This document shows positions 36,936 through 47,731 of a DNA stretch of 64,000 bases, in pieces. Position numbers and translations under genes: made by a program. The notes beneath the pieces were generated by a model. The model saw nothing but the letters and a program-made list of their open reading frames with translations, made no database searches and was not told the DNA's origin. Numbering within the stretch: the first letter of the stretch is position 1; the number at the start of each line of letters is the position of its first letter. The DNA comes from Squalus acanthias (Eukaryota): assembly GCA_030390025.1 (NCBI GenBank), contig CM059432.1:34226001-34290000 (forward strand), given 5' to 3'.

Positions 36936-37415
36936 GCCATTTTGGACCACATGCACCTGAAGTGCAAGTGCCATGGACTATCGGGGAGCTGTGAGGTGAA
37001 GACCTGCTGGTGGTCGCAGCCTGACTTCCGTGTGATTGGAGATTACTTAAAAGACAAGTACGACAGCGCTTCCGAGATGATCGTGGAGAAACATCGAGAG
37101 TCCAGAGGTTGGGTGGAGACCCTTAGTCCCAAGTATGCCTTATTCAAAGCTCCAACGGAGAGAGATTTGGTCTACTATGATTCCTCGCCAAATTTCTGCA
37201 ACCCCAACCCTGAGACCGGCTCATTCGGCACGCGGGACCGAACGTGCAACATCACGTCGCACGGAATCGATGGATGCGAGTTATTATGCTGCGGCCGTGG
37301 ACATGACACAAGGACTGAGAAACGCAGGGAGAAGTGTCACTGCATCTTCCACTGGTGCTGTCACGTGAGCTGCCAAGAGTGCACACGCATCTACAATGTT
37401 CATACTTGTAAATAG
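36936..37415 (+). CDS. wnt3a: Wnt-3a last coding exon (480 bp including TAG)
   Basis: Acceptor catttcccttttcag|GCC, phase 0. Encodes [31 protein letters not shown]...[22 protein letters not shown], including the [10 protein letters not shown] lipidation motif. WWSQ and ECTR are Wnt3a-type. Confidence 0.96.
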   Translation, partial: AILDHMHLKCKCHGLSGSCEVKTCWWSQPDFRVIGDYLKDKYDSASEMIVEKHRESRGWVETLSPKYALFKAPTERDLVYYDSSPNFCNPNPETGSFGTRDRTCNITSHGIDGCELLCCGRGHDTRTEKRREKCHCIFHWCCHVSCQECTRIYNVHTCK

Positions 37416-38461
37416 AGGGAGGAAGAGGCTTTCCCGGAAATTGGTGATGGTCCTGAACTGAGATATCTTACTACATGTAGAAGATCGAGATCTTACGCCA
37501 AGGCTCATCTTTGAGTCCATGGATTAATCTTACCCTGGCGACAATGCCTTTTTAAATACTCATAGGAAAGAAACAGCGTTGGCCAAATCTTCATACAATT
37601 TAACTTGGGACCTGCTTGCAAAGAAAGACAAAAACAGGGGCATAATCCTTATAGCATTGAAAAACTTTCAAGGGATGGGTTTCCAACACACAAATAAGCT
37701 GTGTCTGAGAAAGAACAAAATGGATCTTAAGCTCCACTATCCAATATTTAAATCAAAGAAATGCAACAAACCTTTGCTCAAGATCTGAAGGGGAATCCCA
37801 GAAGAGGGAGACAGGTCTTTGTAATGAACATTCTGAAGGTGAAAACATAGAACTCAATGACAAGCCTCAATGGTCAGATGCAGTAGTGTAATTATTGTAG
37901 AGCTATTAAGGTCTTTTGAGTAAATTCTAACACAGTAGGTTATCTAAGAACTTCTGTTTGCTATCAGTGACCAGTCAGACTATTTTACAAGCTATTAATC
38001 TATTTCCTCGTGTTTCCTCATGTGGTTGTTTACTTTGGGATGGCTATATTTTTCAAGAGCAACTTCTCCACTATGGAACTGAGTGAAAAGATCCACTTAG
38101 GTTGCCCATTATCTCAAATATTTATTCAGTCAAATAATTTGATTGGTTATAGGTGGTCCTCATTTATTGAGTCTGGGCAGTTCGTTTCCAGTGAGAACAC
38201 CTTTGAAGATGTCCTACTGTGGGTGTGATGTCCAACTGCCTGGTAATACAAGAGCTTTCATTTTAAATTTGGGATAGAACAAGCCCCTCCCATTTTATGA
38301 CATTCGAACCACTCATCCTCTATGGCAGCAATTTTTTCAGGTCTTGGAAAATGGTGTACTGTTACCATAGTAGCACAAGTGTCCAAAATGGAGACCAAAG
38401 TTGATGCTTAACTCCATTTAGAAAGCAGCCAAGCTGGCCAAAGTGGGCAGCCTGTCAATAT

Positions 38462-38467
38462 AATAAA
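38462..38467 (+). terminator. Candidate proximal wnt3a polyadenylation signal
   Basis: AATAAA in non-repetitive sequence about 1.05 kb after the stop codon. Confidence 0.3.
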
Positions 38468-38759
38468 AATGCAGATTGGACTGATGTTCTATCATTAGCT
38501 GTACATTTACTCACATCACATCGTATCATATCTACAAAGAATGGTGAACACCAGCAAGGCTACAGCACTATTATTTTACTCTTTTTCACTGCTTTGTCTC
38601 CATGAAGCTAATGTTAGACTTTGGAATATTCTAGGTGGACTCCTGTTCTCACAAGCCTAGATCTGACTGGTAGGGCATAGAAAAAAGACTGACCCTCTCT
38701 CCTCATTATAAATATCCACAGCATTAGCCCCGCAGAAGTCCATGGACCATTATTTTTCC

Positions 38760-38995
38760 TCCCAGGAGGCTGCAGGGATAAGATGTTTAAGGTAGTGGAT
38801 AGGCTGCCAATCAAGTGAACTGCTTTGTCCTAGATGGTGTTGAGCTTCTTGAGTTGTTACAGCTGCACCCATCCACTCAAGTAGAGTGTATTCTTTCACA
38901 CTCTTGACTTGTGCCTTGTAGGTGGTGGAGAGGCTTTGGGGAGTCAGGAGGTGAGCCATTCATCGCAGAATACCCAGCCTCTGACCTGTTCCTGC
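38760..38995 (-). mobile_element. CR1/L2-group LINE fragment
   Basis: ORF 38750-38959 (HLLTPQSLSTTYKAQVKSVKEY) matches the 63352-63963 ORF. Confidence 0.85.
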
Positions 38996-39279
38996 TTTGG
39001 TCAGGAGTTAACTGACTCTAAAGTGTCACTTTTCATGCTCAAATTCGATGGGTTTGCACAGGCCATTTCATTGGAGGCTCAGCGTTATGGGTTGTGTCTA
39101 CGTCAACCAACGCTTTGATTCACACGCATACACTTTGACCCAATCAGTGACAATGGTTTTAACTGTGGCGACTGCCCAATCATAGATCACAGTCAACAAA
39201 GTGAGGCCTCAAGTATTTGGCCATCAGTGCGGCAACCAATGTTGAATCAAGCTATCTCCCATCCAATGAATGGTTGCAT

Positions 39280-39515
39280 AGAGAACATAGGAATTGCTAG
39301 ACAAATAAAGACCAAGGTCCATCTAGTTCTTCTACCATCTTGGTAGTCGCACGATAAATCAATAATGGAGTTGTTGATTAATCATAGCAATCAATCTCTA
39401 TCAATTAGTCTATAACTGACCCAGACATGAGGTGACGAAAACCCCAGTGGTGGAAAGGTTTGGGAACCATAGATCCAAGGTCACCCGTCCCTCCCAAGCA
39501 TGCTACACTTACCAT
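39280..39515 (-). mobile_element. CR1-subfamily 3' UTR fragment
   Basis: Reverse complement of 41050-41265 (aacataggaattgctaga...ggtccatctagttc...ccagtggtggaaag...ctacacttacca). Confidence 0.7.
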
Positions 39516-40814
39516 ATTTATTTTTAATATTCATTCTCGGGATAGGACCATTTCTGGCAAGGCCAGCATTCTTTGCCGATGCTAGTTGCCCTGAGAAGGG
39601 GTGGTGGGTGAGTTTGCTAGACCACTTCAAAGGGCAATTAAGAGACAATCATATTGGAATAGGACTGGATCACATATAGGTCAGACTGGGTAAGGATGGC
39701 TGATTTCCTTCCCATAAAGATATTAGTGAATCAGTTAGACTTTTACAACCATCTGACAGCTTCATAGTCACCTTTTTTATTTCTAGATTTTTTTAAAGAC
39801 AGAATTCAAATTCTCAAACTGCCTTGGTGGGATTTGAGCTCACATTCTACTAGATTATTAGTCTAGGCCTCTGGATTACTAGTCCTGGAGCATTAACTGA
39901 AGAAGAACCAAGGTGTTCAAATCAGATTGTTGCAGTACTGCCTTTTCTTCGTAAGATATCACCAGCATGGTTAACAAATGTTGGCCCAGATTTCCCTCTT
40001 GAACAACTGGGCAGCGGGCATCGTAAAGCAGATCTGAAAATCGGGCTGGGGAGTCACACACCTAAAGCACCGCTCGCCTGATTGTGCATCCATTCACAGA
40101 TTGTGTTACAGGCATGATCCTCCCACCCAACTTTCTTCTATGTGCTCCACCTGTGTGATGTCTAGTGGCTGAGTACGAGAGAGGTAAGCATGCTGCTATC
40201 TCCCAGCATCTTTATAAAGCTTTAAAGCCTAAGAATTTACCTGACTAGGAAAAGGCCCTTGAAGCTTAGCAAGCCTATACCTTTCTATTAATCAATCCAG
40301 CTAACCCCCTTCTCACTATATCCATTAATCCCTTCTCTTCTGAAACATGAGACATAAGAAATAGGAGCAGGAATAGGCCATGTGGCCACTTGAGCCTGCT
40401 CCGCCATTCAATAAGATCATGGCTGATCTTCTACCTCAACACTTGCCCGCCCTATCCCCATATCCCTTGAAATGCATCTAATTGCCTCTTGAACCCACTT
40501 CAATAACTTTTATTTCCAAAATAAAGACATCTAGGGCACAACATTATTACTGATAACTCAGTATACAGTATTACTCCTTTAAAACCCAATTCTGAAATTT
40601 GGACATGGGGGCCTAAATGGAAATCCAAGACCTAACTCTGCTTTTGGGCCTGAATCTTAGAATCATTGGATTATACTGCACAGAAGGAGCCCATTGGCCA
40701 ATTGTACCTGTGATGGCTCTCTGAAAGAGCTGTCTATTTTGTCCCATTATCCTGCTTTTTCCCCATACCCATTTAATTTTTTAATTTTTCAAATATCTAT
40801 CCACTTTCCTTTGT

Positions 40815-41265
40815 TTCACTTTGTCCAGAACAGTCGAACCAGAGGACACGGCCTGTGCCTGAAGCAGTATAAATTCAAAACTAATCTGCGGAAATAATAT
40901 TTCAGCGAGTGAGTAGTCAATCTATGGAACAGGCTCGCGAGGGAGATGGTGGAAGCAGTTAGTATTGATTCATTCAACTGCAAATCAGATAGATTTCTTT
41001 CAGAAAATAATATATTGCGATACAGTATATAAATAATTTGAGACATGACCTATGGTAAGTGTAGTGTGCTTCGAAGGAACAAGCGACTTTGACCCAGAAC
41101 TTTCCACCACTGAGGATTCCTTGTTATTTCTGGGTCTGTTCTAGACTGATTTCTATGATTTGTATAAACTCCATTCCCATTGTATTATGCAACTACCAGG
41201 ATGGTAGATGGTGAACTAGATGGACCTTTTGTCTTTTTCTATCTAGCAATTCCTATGTTCTTATG
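40815..41265 (+). mobile_element. CR1 3' end with long 3' UTR, nested in an older minus-strand CR1 (about 40650-41525)
   Basis: RTRGHGLCL...FKTNLRK, gtagtcaatctatggaac, tail ctagcaattcctatgttcttatg. Confidence 0.7.
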
Positions 41266-41569
41266 ATTCTGCTTTCCTCTCTGTTCCTGGTTGGGCATTC
41301 CACGTCCTAACAACCCTCTGTGTAGTAAAAAATAATTCAATCTCCTAACCTCTCCCATCATTCTTTTGTGGTTGATTGGAAATTTATGCCCTCTAGTTAC
41401 TGACTCACTGCCCGGTTGAAATGTTTTTCCCGATTTACTGCATTAAAAATCCCTCATATTTTGAACCACTGCCCTTTTTCTTCTACTGAAAGAAGCCTCC
41501 AGCTTCTCTAGTGTCTCCTCACTTTGATAACTGGGACTTTCTGTTGGATTAACTAGCTAAATGACATTC

Positions 41570-41910
41570 ACTCAATACGATCAATTGCCTCGCCCCTCCC
41601 TCTCTGTAACCTGCTCCAGCCCTACAACCCTCCAGGAACTGTGTTCTTCCAACTCTGACCCCCTTGTCCAACCCCCACATTGTCGGCTGTGCCTTCAGAC
41701 GTCTAGGCCCTAAATTCTGAAATTCCCTCACTAGACCTCTCCACCTCTCTCTCCTCCTTCAAACCCTACCTCTTTGACCAAGCTTTTAATTACCTGTTCT
41801 AATGTCTCCTCCTTTGGCTCAGTGTCAATTTTTGTCTGATAATGCTCGTGTGAAGCGCCTTGGGACATTTTCCTATGTTAATGTGCTATATAAATGCAAC
41901 TGGTTGTTGA
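41570..41910 (+). mobile_element. L2-type LINE 3' end
   Basis: gcctcgcccctccctctctgtaacctgctccagccc...ctctttgaccaagcttt...tgtgaagcgccttgggac...ctatataaatgcaa. Confidence 0.7.
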
Positions 41911-42292
41911 ATGGCTACTTGGGTGAGATATTGGAGTGCAGCCAGCAACTATGTAGCCATAGCCCAATAAGAGTCAGCATCTTCAGCAAAGCACGGGGAG
42001 AAAATGGGAGGTTTATTGGAGCAGCCTGTCGGTCAGACTTTTAATTCCCAATTTTTGTACAAAATACTTTTGAATTTTATATTCCTTTAAAAAAAAATCA
42101 ATTTTTTTAATAATTTATTTCAGAAAGAAATGTATATATTAGTAATTAAGGATATATATTTTGTTGGGTCGTTTTTTTTTTTGCTTTGTGACTGTAGAGG
42201 TGACCTCAGACAACTGTTAATACTTTCCACTGACGACTTCTAGACGTGTCATCAGTGACGGGCAGTGTTACAGTGTTCAATGTTAACACATC

Positions 42293-42306
42293 AATAAATA
42301 AATAAA
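42293..42306 (+). terminator. Candidate distal wnt3a polyadenylation signal (three overlapping AATAAA)
   Basis: tcAATAAATAAATAAAaac, preceded by AU-rich non-repetitive sequence (42040-42290) and followed by U/GU-rich sequence. Confidence 0.6.
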
Positions 42307-42409
42307 AACATTTCTTTGTCAACTGGCAGTGCTGGTTCATTCTTGTCTTATTCTTGAGTTTGAATCTGATCTGTGTGTATATGTCTCTCTCTGCATTGGT
42401 ATGAATGTG

Positions 42410-43075
42410 GGTGCGCAGTGGGTGAATCCACTCTCGCCTCTGAGTCAGAAGGTTGTGGGTTCAAGTTCCACTCCAGAGACTTGAACACATAATCTGGGCT
42501 GGCACTTCAGTGCAGTACTGAAGGAGTGCTGCACTGTCGGAGCTGCCGTGAGATGTTAAACCCTCTCAGGTAAAAGTAAATAATCCCATAGCACTTTTAG
42601 AAAAAGAGCAGGGGAGTTCCCCCAATGACCCATTCAACGTTTGTCCCAGAACCAACACCTAAACAGATGATCTGGTCATTTAGTTCATTTTTGTCTGGGG
42701 AAACTTGCTGTGTGAAAATTGGTTGCTGCGTTACCTACATTACATAGAAACATAGAAGATAGGAGCAGGAGTAGGCCATTCGGCCCCTCGAGCCTGCTCT
42801 GCCATTCGATGAGATCATGGCTGATCATCCAAACTCAGTACCCAATCCCTGCTTTCTCCCCATATCCCTTGATACCTTTAGCCTTAAGAAATATATCTAA
42901 CTCCTTCTTGAATATATTTACTGACTTGGCCTCAACTGCCTTCTGTGGTAGAGAATTCCACAGGTTCACCACTCTCTGGGTGATTACAACAGTAACTACT
43001 TCATTGGCTTTGAAGCGCTTTGGGATATCCTGAGGTTGAGAAAGGCACTATAAAAACACAAGTTCTTTCTTTCTA
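42410..43075 (+). mobile_element. Deu-SINE with a minus-strand CR1 tail nested at about 42745-42983
   Basis: The SINE resumes at attacaacagtaactac after the CR1 tail. Confidence 0.85.
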
Positions 43076-43315
43076 TTATGGTTAGATACAGGATAAAACT
43101 CCATCTACTCTACCCCAATAATGTGCCACCCTCAAGGGTGCCTCTCTGTTGTACCAACTTGATATTTTTCTGTTTCTCACACCCAACCCTTTTAGTGCCC
43201 CTTCTAAGTCAATTAATGTGAGATGTGCTCTCAGCATGCTCAAGGTGGCATAGAAGGATTTTTACCCCTTGAAGGGGTTAATTGGTGGTCCCTCAAAAAG
43301 GAACAGGAGAAATAT

Positions 43316-43438
43316 GGTCTTCGACCTGAAACGTTAACTCTGTTTCTCTCTCCACAGATGCTGCCAGGCCTGCTGAGTTTTTCCAGCGTTTTCTGTTGTT
43401 ATTTTGGATTTCCAGCATCCGCAGTATTTTGCTATCGT
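43316..43438 (+). mobile_element. Penelope-like terminal fragment (hammerhead 3' half)
   Basis: 11-bp TSD aggagaaatat (43305-43315 and 43439-43449); ggtcttcgacctGAAACGTTaactc...gcagtattttgctatcg. Confidence 0.75.
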
Positions 43439-43939
43439 AGGAGAAATATCTGTTGTGTCATGAGCCACATAGATCAGGTCTCTGGAGTGGGGCTTAAACC
43501 CACAACATTCTAACTGAGGCAAGAGTGCTACCAGAAAATAAGCTAGCAAATAGGCTGACACCTTGTCCCACAAACAATAATAAAATAGATAATTTTTTTT
43601 GTGATGTCAGAGAGATAAATGTTGCCCAGAACATTGGAAGAGCTCTCTAAATAGTGCCATGGGATGTTTTAAGATCAGACGGGGCCTCAGTTTATCATCT
43701 CATCTGAACAACAGCACTAGATTATGTGGTTAAGTATCTGGAGGGGGGTTTGAATCCCACAACCTTCTAACTCAGGGGCAAGAGTGCTACCACTGAGCCA
43801 AGGCTCAGAATGTCAACAAGTAGCTTTCCTTCTTCAAGTGCTTCTTTTTGTTTTCAAACTTATTAATTAAGTCACAAGCTAACCGATTGCTGTGGGAGAA
43901 TGAGCTGATACTTCTGATAGGCTAACACTTTTTTTCCAA

Positions 43940-45030
43940 CGGTATCTGTACTGCCCAGTGTGGCACTGTGTGCCGGAGAGCCATGCTCCCTGTAAGCTGC
44001 GCTTTTGTTCTGCGCGGCCTGTTTCTTTTAATGTGCGGTCCCTTTAAATTTCTGCGCATGCGCGTTATTTACAATAGAAAGGCCGGTGAGCGGCCTGCGC
44101 GGGACCTTGCAGATTGCTGCGCAGCCACACAGCTTAGAGGGAACATGGCCGGAGAGCAGGAAACTCCCTGGTTCGATTCCGATCTCTGCTGAGTTACCTG
44201 ATCTCAGTCGAGACAGTAGAATAGGATGCTGCAGTTGCCTCACTGCCCTTGAGCTGGAGAGAGAGGAGGAAAAGAATCAGCGTGGATCCTGCTCCTGATC
44301 GCTATCTAGTGACCTCTGCATGAAGGTTCTGGGGCAGGAGCTGGATTTCTCAGCCATCAATAGGAAGGAACATAGGAACAGGAGTAGGCCATTCAGCCCC
44401 TTGAGGTTGTGCCGCCATTCAATGAGATCATGGATGATCTCTATATTAACTCCACCGACCCACCTTAGCTCCATATCCCTTAATACCCTTGCCTAATAAA
44501 AACCTAGCAATCTCAGTTTTGACATTTTCAATTGACATAGCCTCGACAGCTTTTTGGGGGAGAGAGTTTCAGATTTCCACTATCCATTGTGTAAAGAAGT
44601 GCTTCCTGACATCACCCCTGAATGACCTAGTTCTAATTTTAAGGTTATGTCCCCTTGTTCTTGATTCCCTCTCAAGAGGAAATAGTTTCTCTCTATCTAC
44701 CCTATCAAATCCTTTTAATCATCTTAAACACCTCAATTAGATCACCCCTTAATCTTCTAAACTCAAGGGAATACATGCCTAGTCTATGCAACCTGTCCTC
44801 ATAATTTAACCCTTTTAGCCCCGGTATCATTCATAATCAACGAGTAGAACATCTAGCCTTGCCGGGGAGACAGCATTGAGTTTGGCTGTGATCGTTCCAT
44901 AGTCAAATTGTTTGCCTACTCTCTGTGTAGGTTCAGTGTGGTCTGTTGCAAGGTAACGGGGGTGCAGCTGGTTGCCATGGAAACACACCTTAGCATGAGT
45001 CGGTGCTTTCAGGAGAGAGGGAGAAAATTG
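43940..45030 (+). mobile_element. Old tRNA-derived SINE (AmnSINE2-like), interrupted by the MITE and by a CR1 tail (about 44362-44832, minus strand)
   Basis: ctggttcgattcc B-box then tgctgagttacctgatctcag, cctgctcctgatcgc, agcatgagtcggtgctttcagg. Relatives at about 36255-36350, 55700-56040 (-) and 57775-57890. Confidence 0.5.
43981..44148. mobile_element. hAT-type MITE, copy 2
   Basis: TIRs ccatgctccctgtaagc and gcttagagggaacatgg, 8-bp TSD ccggagag. Confidence 0.88.
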
Positions 45031-45149
45031 AATGGATAGAAATTTTGCTTATATCGGACAATAAAATAAATCTTAATTAGAAACTAAAATCTCTCTGCTC
45101 ATTTTAAAATCTAGTCCTCCCCTTATTTTCCTCCTTACTTTTCCAATAT

Positions 45150-45455
45150 GCACACAGCAAAGTCCCACAAACAGCAATTAAATAAATCTGTTTTAGACGT
45201 TGGTTGAGGGGTAAATGTTGGTCAGGACACCGGGAGAGCTCCCTTGCGCTGCTACGAATAGCACCATGAGATCCTTTACGTCCACCTGAAAGGGCAGACA
45301 GGGCCTCGGTTTAACATCTTTTCTGAAAGATGGCACCTCTGACAGTGCAGCACTCCCTTAGTACTGCACTGAGGTGTCAGCCTAGCTTATGTGTTTATGT
45401 CTCGAGAGTGGGTCTTGAACCCACGACCTTCTGACTCAGACAATGCCACTAAGCC
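45150..45455 (-). mobile_element. Deu-SINE fragment
   Basis: Reverse-complement Deu core and head; other fragments at 43455-43805 and 46965-47107. Confidence 0.8.
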
Positions 45456-45495
45456 AGAAACACTCGCCAGTGATCCCTTGCTGGACAATTTCTAT

Positions 45496-46214
45496 GGGGG
45501 AAAATTTCGTTAGCGACCATTTTGGGCCACTAACATCGCCTGGGCACTAAACTTAGCGCTGGCGAAAAATAGCGCCGGCGATTGCTAACTTCAGTTTTAG
45601 CGTCCGAAGAGGAAGGTGGAGCGCTAATTCAAGCACTCCACTTCCTTCGTAGAGCGCTAACCCTGAATACTGGGGCAGTGCGTTCTGCAGCGCTATGCAC
45701 TGGGCCACGTAGCACTGCCACATTGAAGGGCTCTTCCCCTCATGAGGGAGGGCCCAAGCCCACAACTCTGCGGGGCCCTACCTGGACCACCAAGAGGAGT
45801 GCCGGGCAGCCAGATCGCGGCACGGATCCCGCGTTCAAAGACGCAATGGGCCACGACAAGTAAGTCGGCCAATTTTCTTTCCCCACCCACCACCTCCCCT
45901 TTAGTTAGCGCCCCGCGAGCCTCCTGCCACTCTGTTCCCGCCCCCTGAATTGGTCGCTGTTATCGCCCAGCACAGATTCAAGGGGCGCGGGGAAATTTTG
46001 CAGGCGGGGTGAAAACGGTGTGCTGCGCACGGTGCTGACGTCATCGCCGCTTGCGCAGCAGAGCGAGGCGCTACCGGTTACCGCCGCCGCTAAACTCCCA
46101 CTGAATTTAGCGGGAGTCGTTAGCAGCGCCATGCCCGGACGAAAAGTCATTTGCGCCCCGTTAGCGCCCCCGGGGGTGCTAACGAGAGGCACAAATGCAC
46201 CGAATTTCTAGCCC
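45496..46214. mobile_element. Harbinger-like non-autonomous element, family H copy 1
   Basis: TIRs gggggaaaatttcg and cgaatttctagccc, 3-bp TSD TAT/TAT, many agcgct/gcgcta motifs. Confidence 0.8.
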
Positions 46215-47118
46215 TATATTCTTTATTCACCGCCTTGTTTCACACATGTATACTGTCCACTTGGGCACCTGCTGAGTGTCTGTGGAACTATATCTGAGCG
46301 TGAGGCAGCACCTTCAGGAGAGAAAACGAACAAGGGGAGAAAATAAAGTGCTATCATCCTTCAAAACAAGGAATGAATGTAGCAGAAGTGGTAAAAAGAC
46401 CATCATGTTTATTGCTAATGACTACAGATCAAGCGCATACTTATCCTTATGACACTATAATTTCTTCACACCCCATCTGTCTGTTTTTGTTTCTTTGTGT
46501 TTCGAACCAGGTTGTTTGATAGGATGAAAGGGTGGCCACTTCGATGCTCTCTCTGATCTGTCTTTTCTCCCTGTATTGTTTTAGTCATTGGCAAGGCAGT
46601 GTTAGAACAACACCTCAAGCTATGAAAGCTGTATTTCCCTCAACCTAATTAGTAGGCTCAACCGAGGTACCTCATAAAATGATACTTTTCTCAAAGGATA
46701 AACACTTTGACAAGTCACTCAAGACATCAAAGGAAGGGCTGGTGGGTGGGAATGGCACAGCCTCATTCAACCTTTGGTGTGACTCCTATTTGAGGCCTGG
46801 GAAAATAGGCCTTGGTATTTTTTTATTCATTCTCAGGATATAGGCATCGCTGGCTTGGCCAGCATTTATTTCCCATCCCAAGTTGCCTTTGAGTAAGTGG
46901 TGGTGAGCTTTCTTCTTCAACTGCTGCAGTCCATGTAATATATGTGAATGTTACCTCAGCAATCACTTTAACATGTTATCTGAAAGACAGTGACCTCCAA
47001 CAGTGTAGCACTACCTCGGTACTGCATGAAGTGTCAGCCTAGCAGATTAGGCGCTCAAGTCTCTAGAGTGGGGCTTCAACTCAGGACAGAGGTGAGAGTT
47101 CTACCACGCATCCTAGGC

Positions 47119-47505
47119 CAGTGTTGTCCAATAAAAATCACTGACTAGCCACAGGTGTGGCTATAGTGACACATGCACTCATTTTGGTAGAAAACACCTT
47201 ACATGCCCTCATATAATACAGATAAATGTACTTCACATGTGTATATTAACTTAATAAACATCTACCATCCTTCAGTAACCAAGGAAGTAAAGCACTCACA
47301 ATGATCAAAAAACACACACACTCTGCTTTTTGTCTTACCATTTTACCAATGGATGCACAAAAAGGTTAAAGTTCACATCCAAACACCGTGAGATCACATG
47401 CCCTATGATGGTGTCTATTACTCATTTTTATTTACTAATCAGAAGTGCAATTGGCCACATCTGGATTCCAAATTAGCCACATGGCTAATGTATTAGACAA
47501 CACTC
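47119..47505. mobile_element. hAT-Charlie MITE, second copy of the 14808 family
   Basis: cagtgttgtccaata...tattagacaacact, with shared interior ttaataaacatctacca...gtaaagcactcacaatgatcaa. Confidence 0.8.
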
Positions 47506-47627
47506 ATCACTGCTAGTACTAACCATTGATACTATTCATCACTGATAGTACTAACCATTGCTAGCAATCACAAACAGTATTTAGCATTGATGACTGTTAG
47601 TTCTTACTATTGATAGCATTCATCACT
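47506..47627. repeat. Degenerate 15-bp minisatellite (cactgatagtactaa), resuming at 50225-50350
   Basis: Repeated actgatagtactaac/attgatagcattcat units on both sides of a nested TE stack. Confidence 0.6.
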
Positions 47628-47731
47628 GAAAGAAAGAAAGACTTGCCTTTATATAGCAGCTTTCACAATCACTGGACATCCCAAAGTGCTTTACAGCCAA
47701 TGAAGTATGTAGGAAACGCAGCAGCCAATTT

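Noticed and set aside
31601..37415. Assignment as wnt3 instead of wnt3a
   Set aside because: Some residues are Wnt3-like (ILDH, CGSI), but AVG, PILC, KIG, EFGSMV, MNRH, WWSQ and ECTR fit Wnt3a. A phylogeny or wnt9a synteny would confirm.
35772..37520. Alternative-frame and antisense ORFs over wnt3a exons
   Set aside because: GC-rich codon usage suppresses stops; there is no independent evidence.
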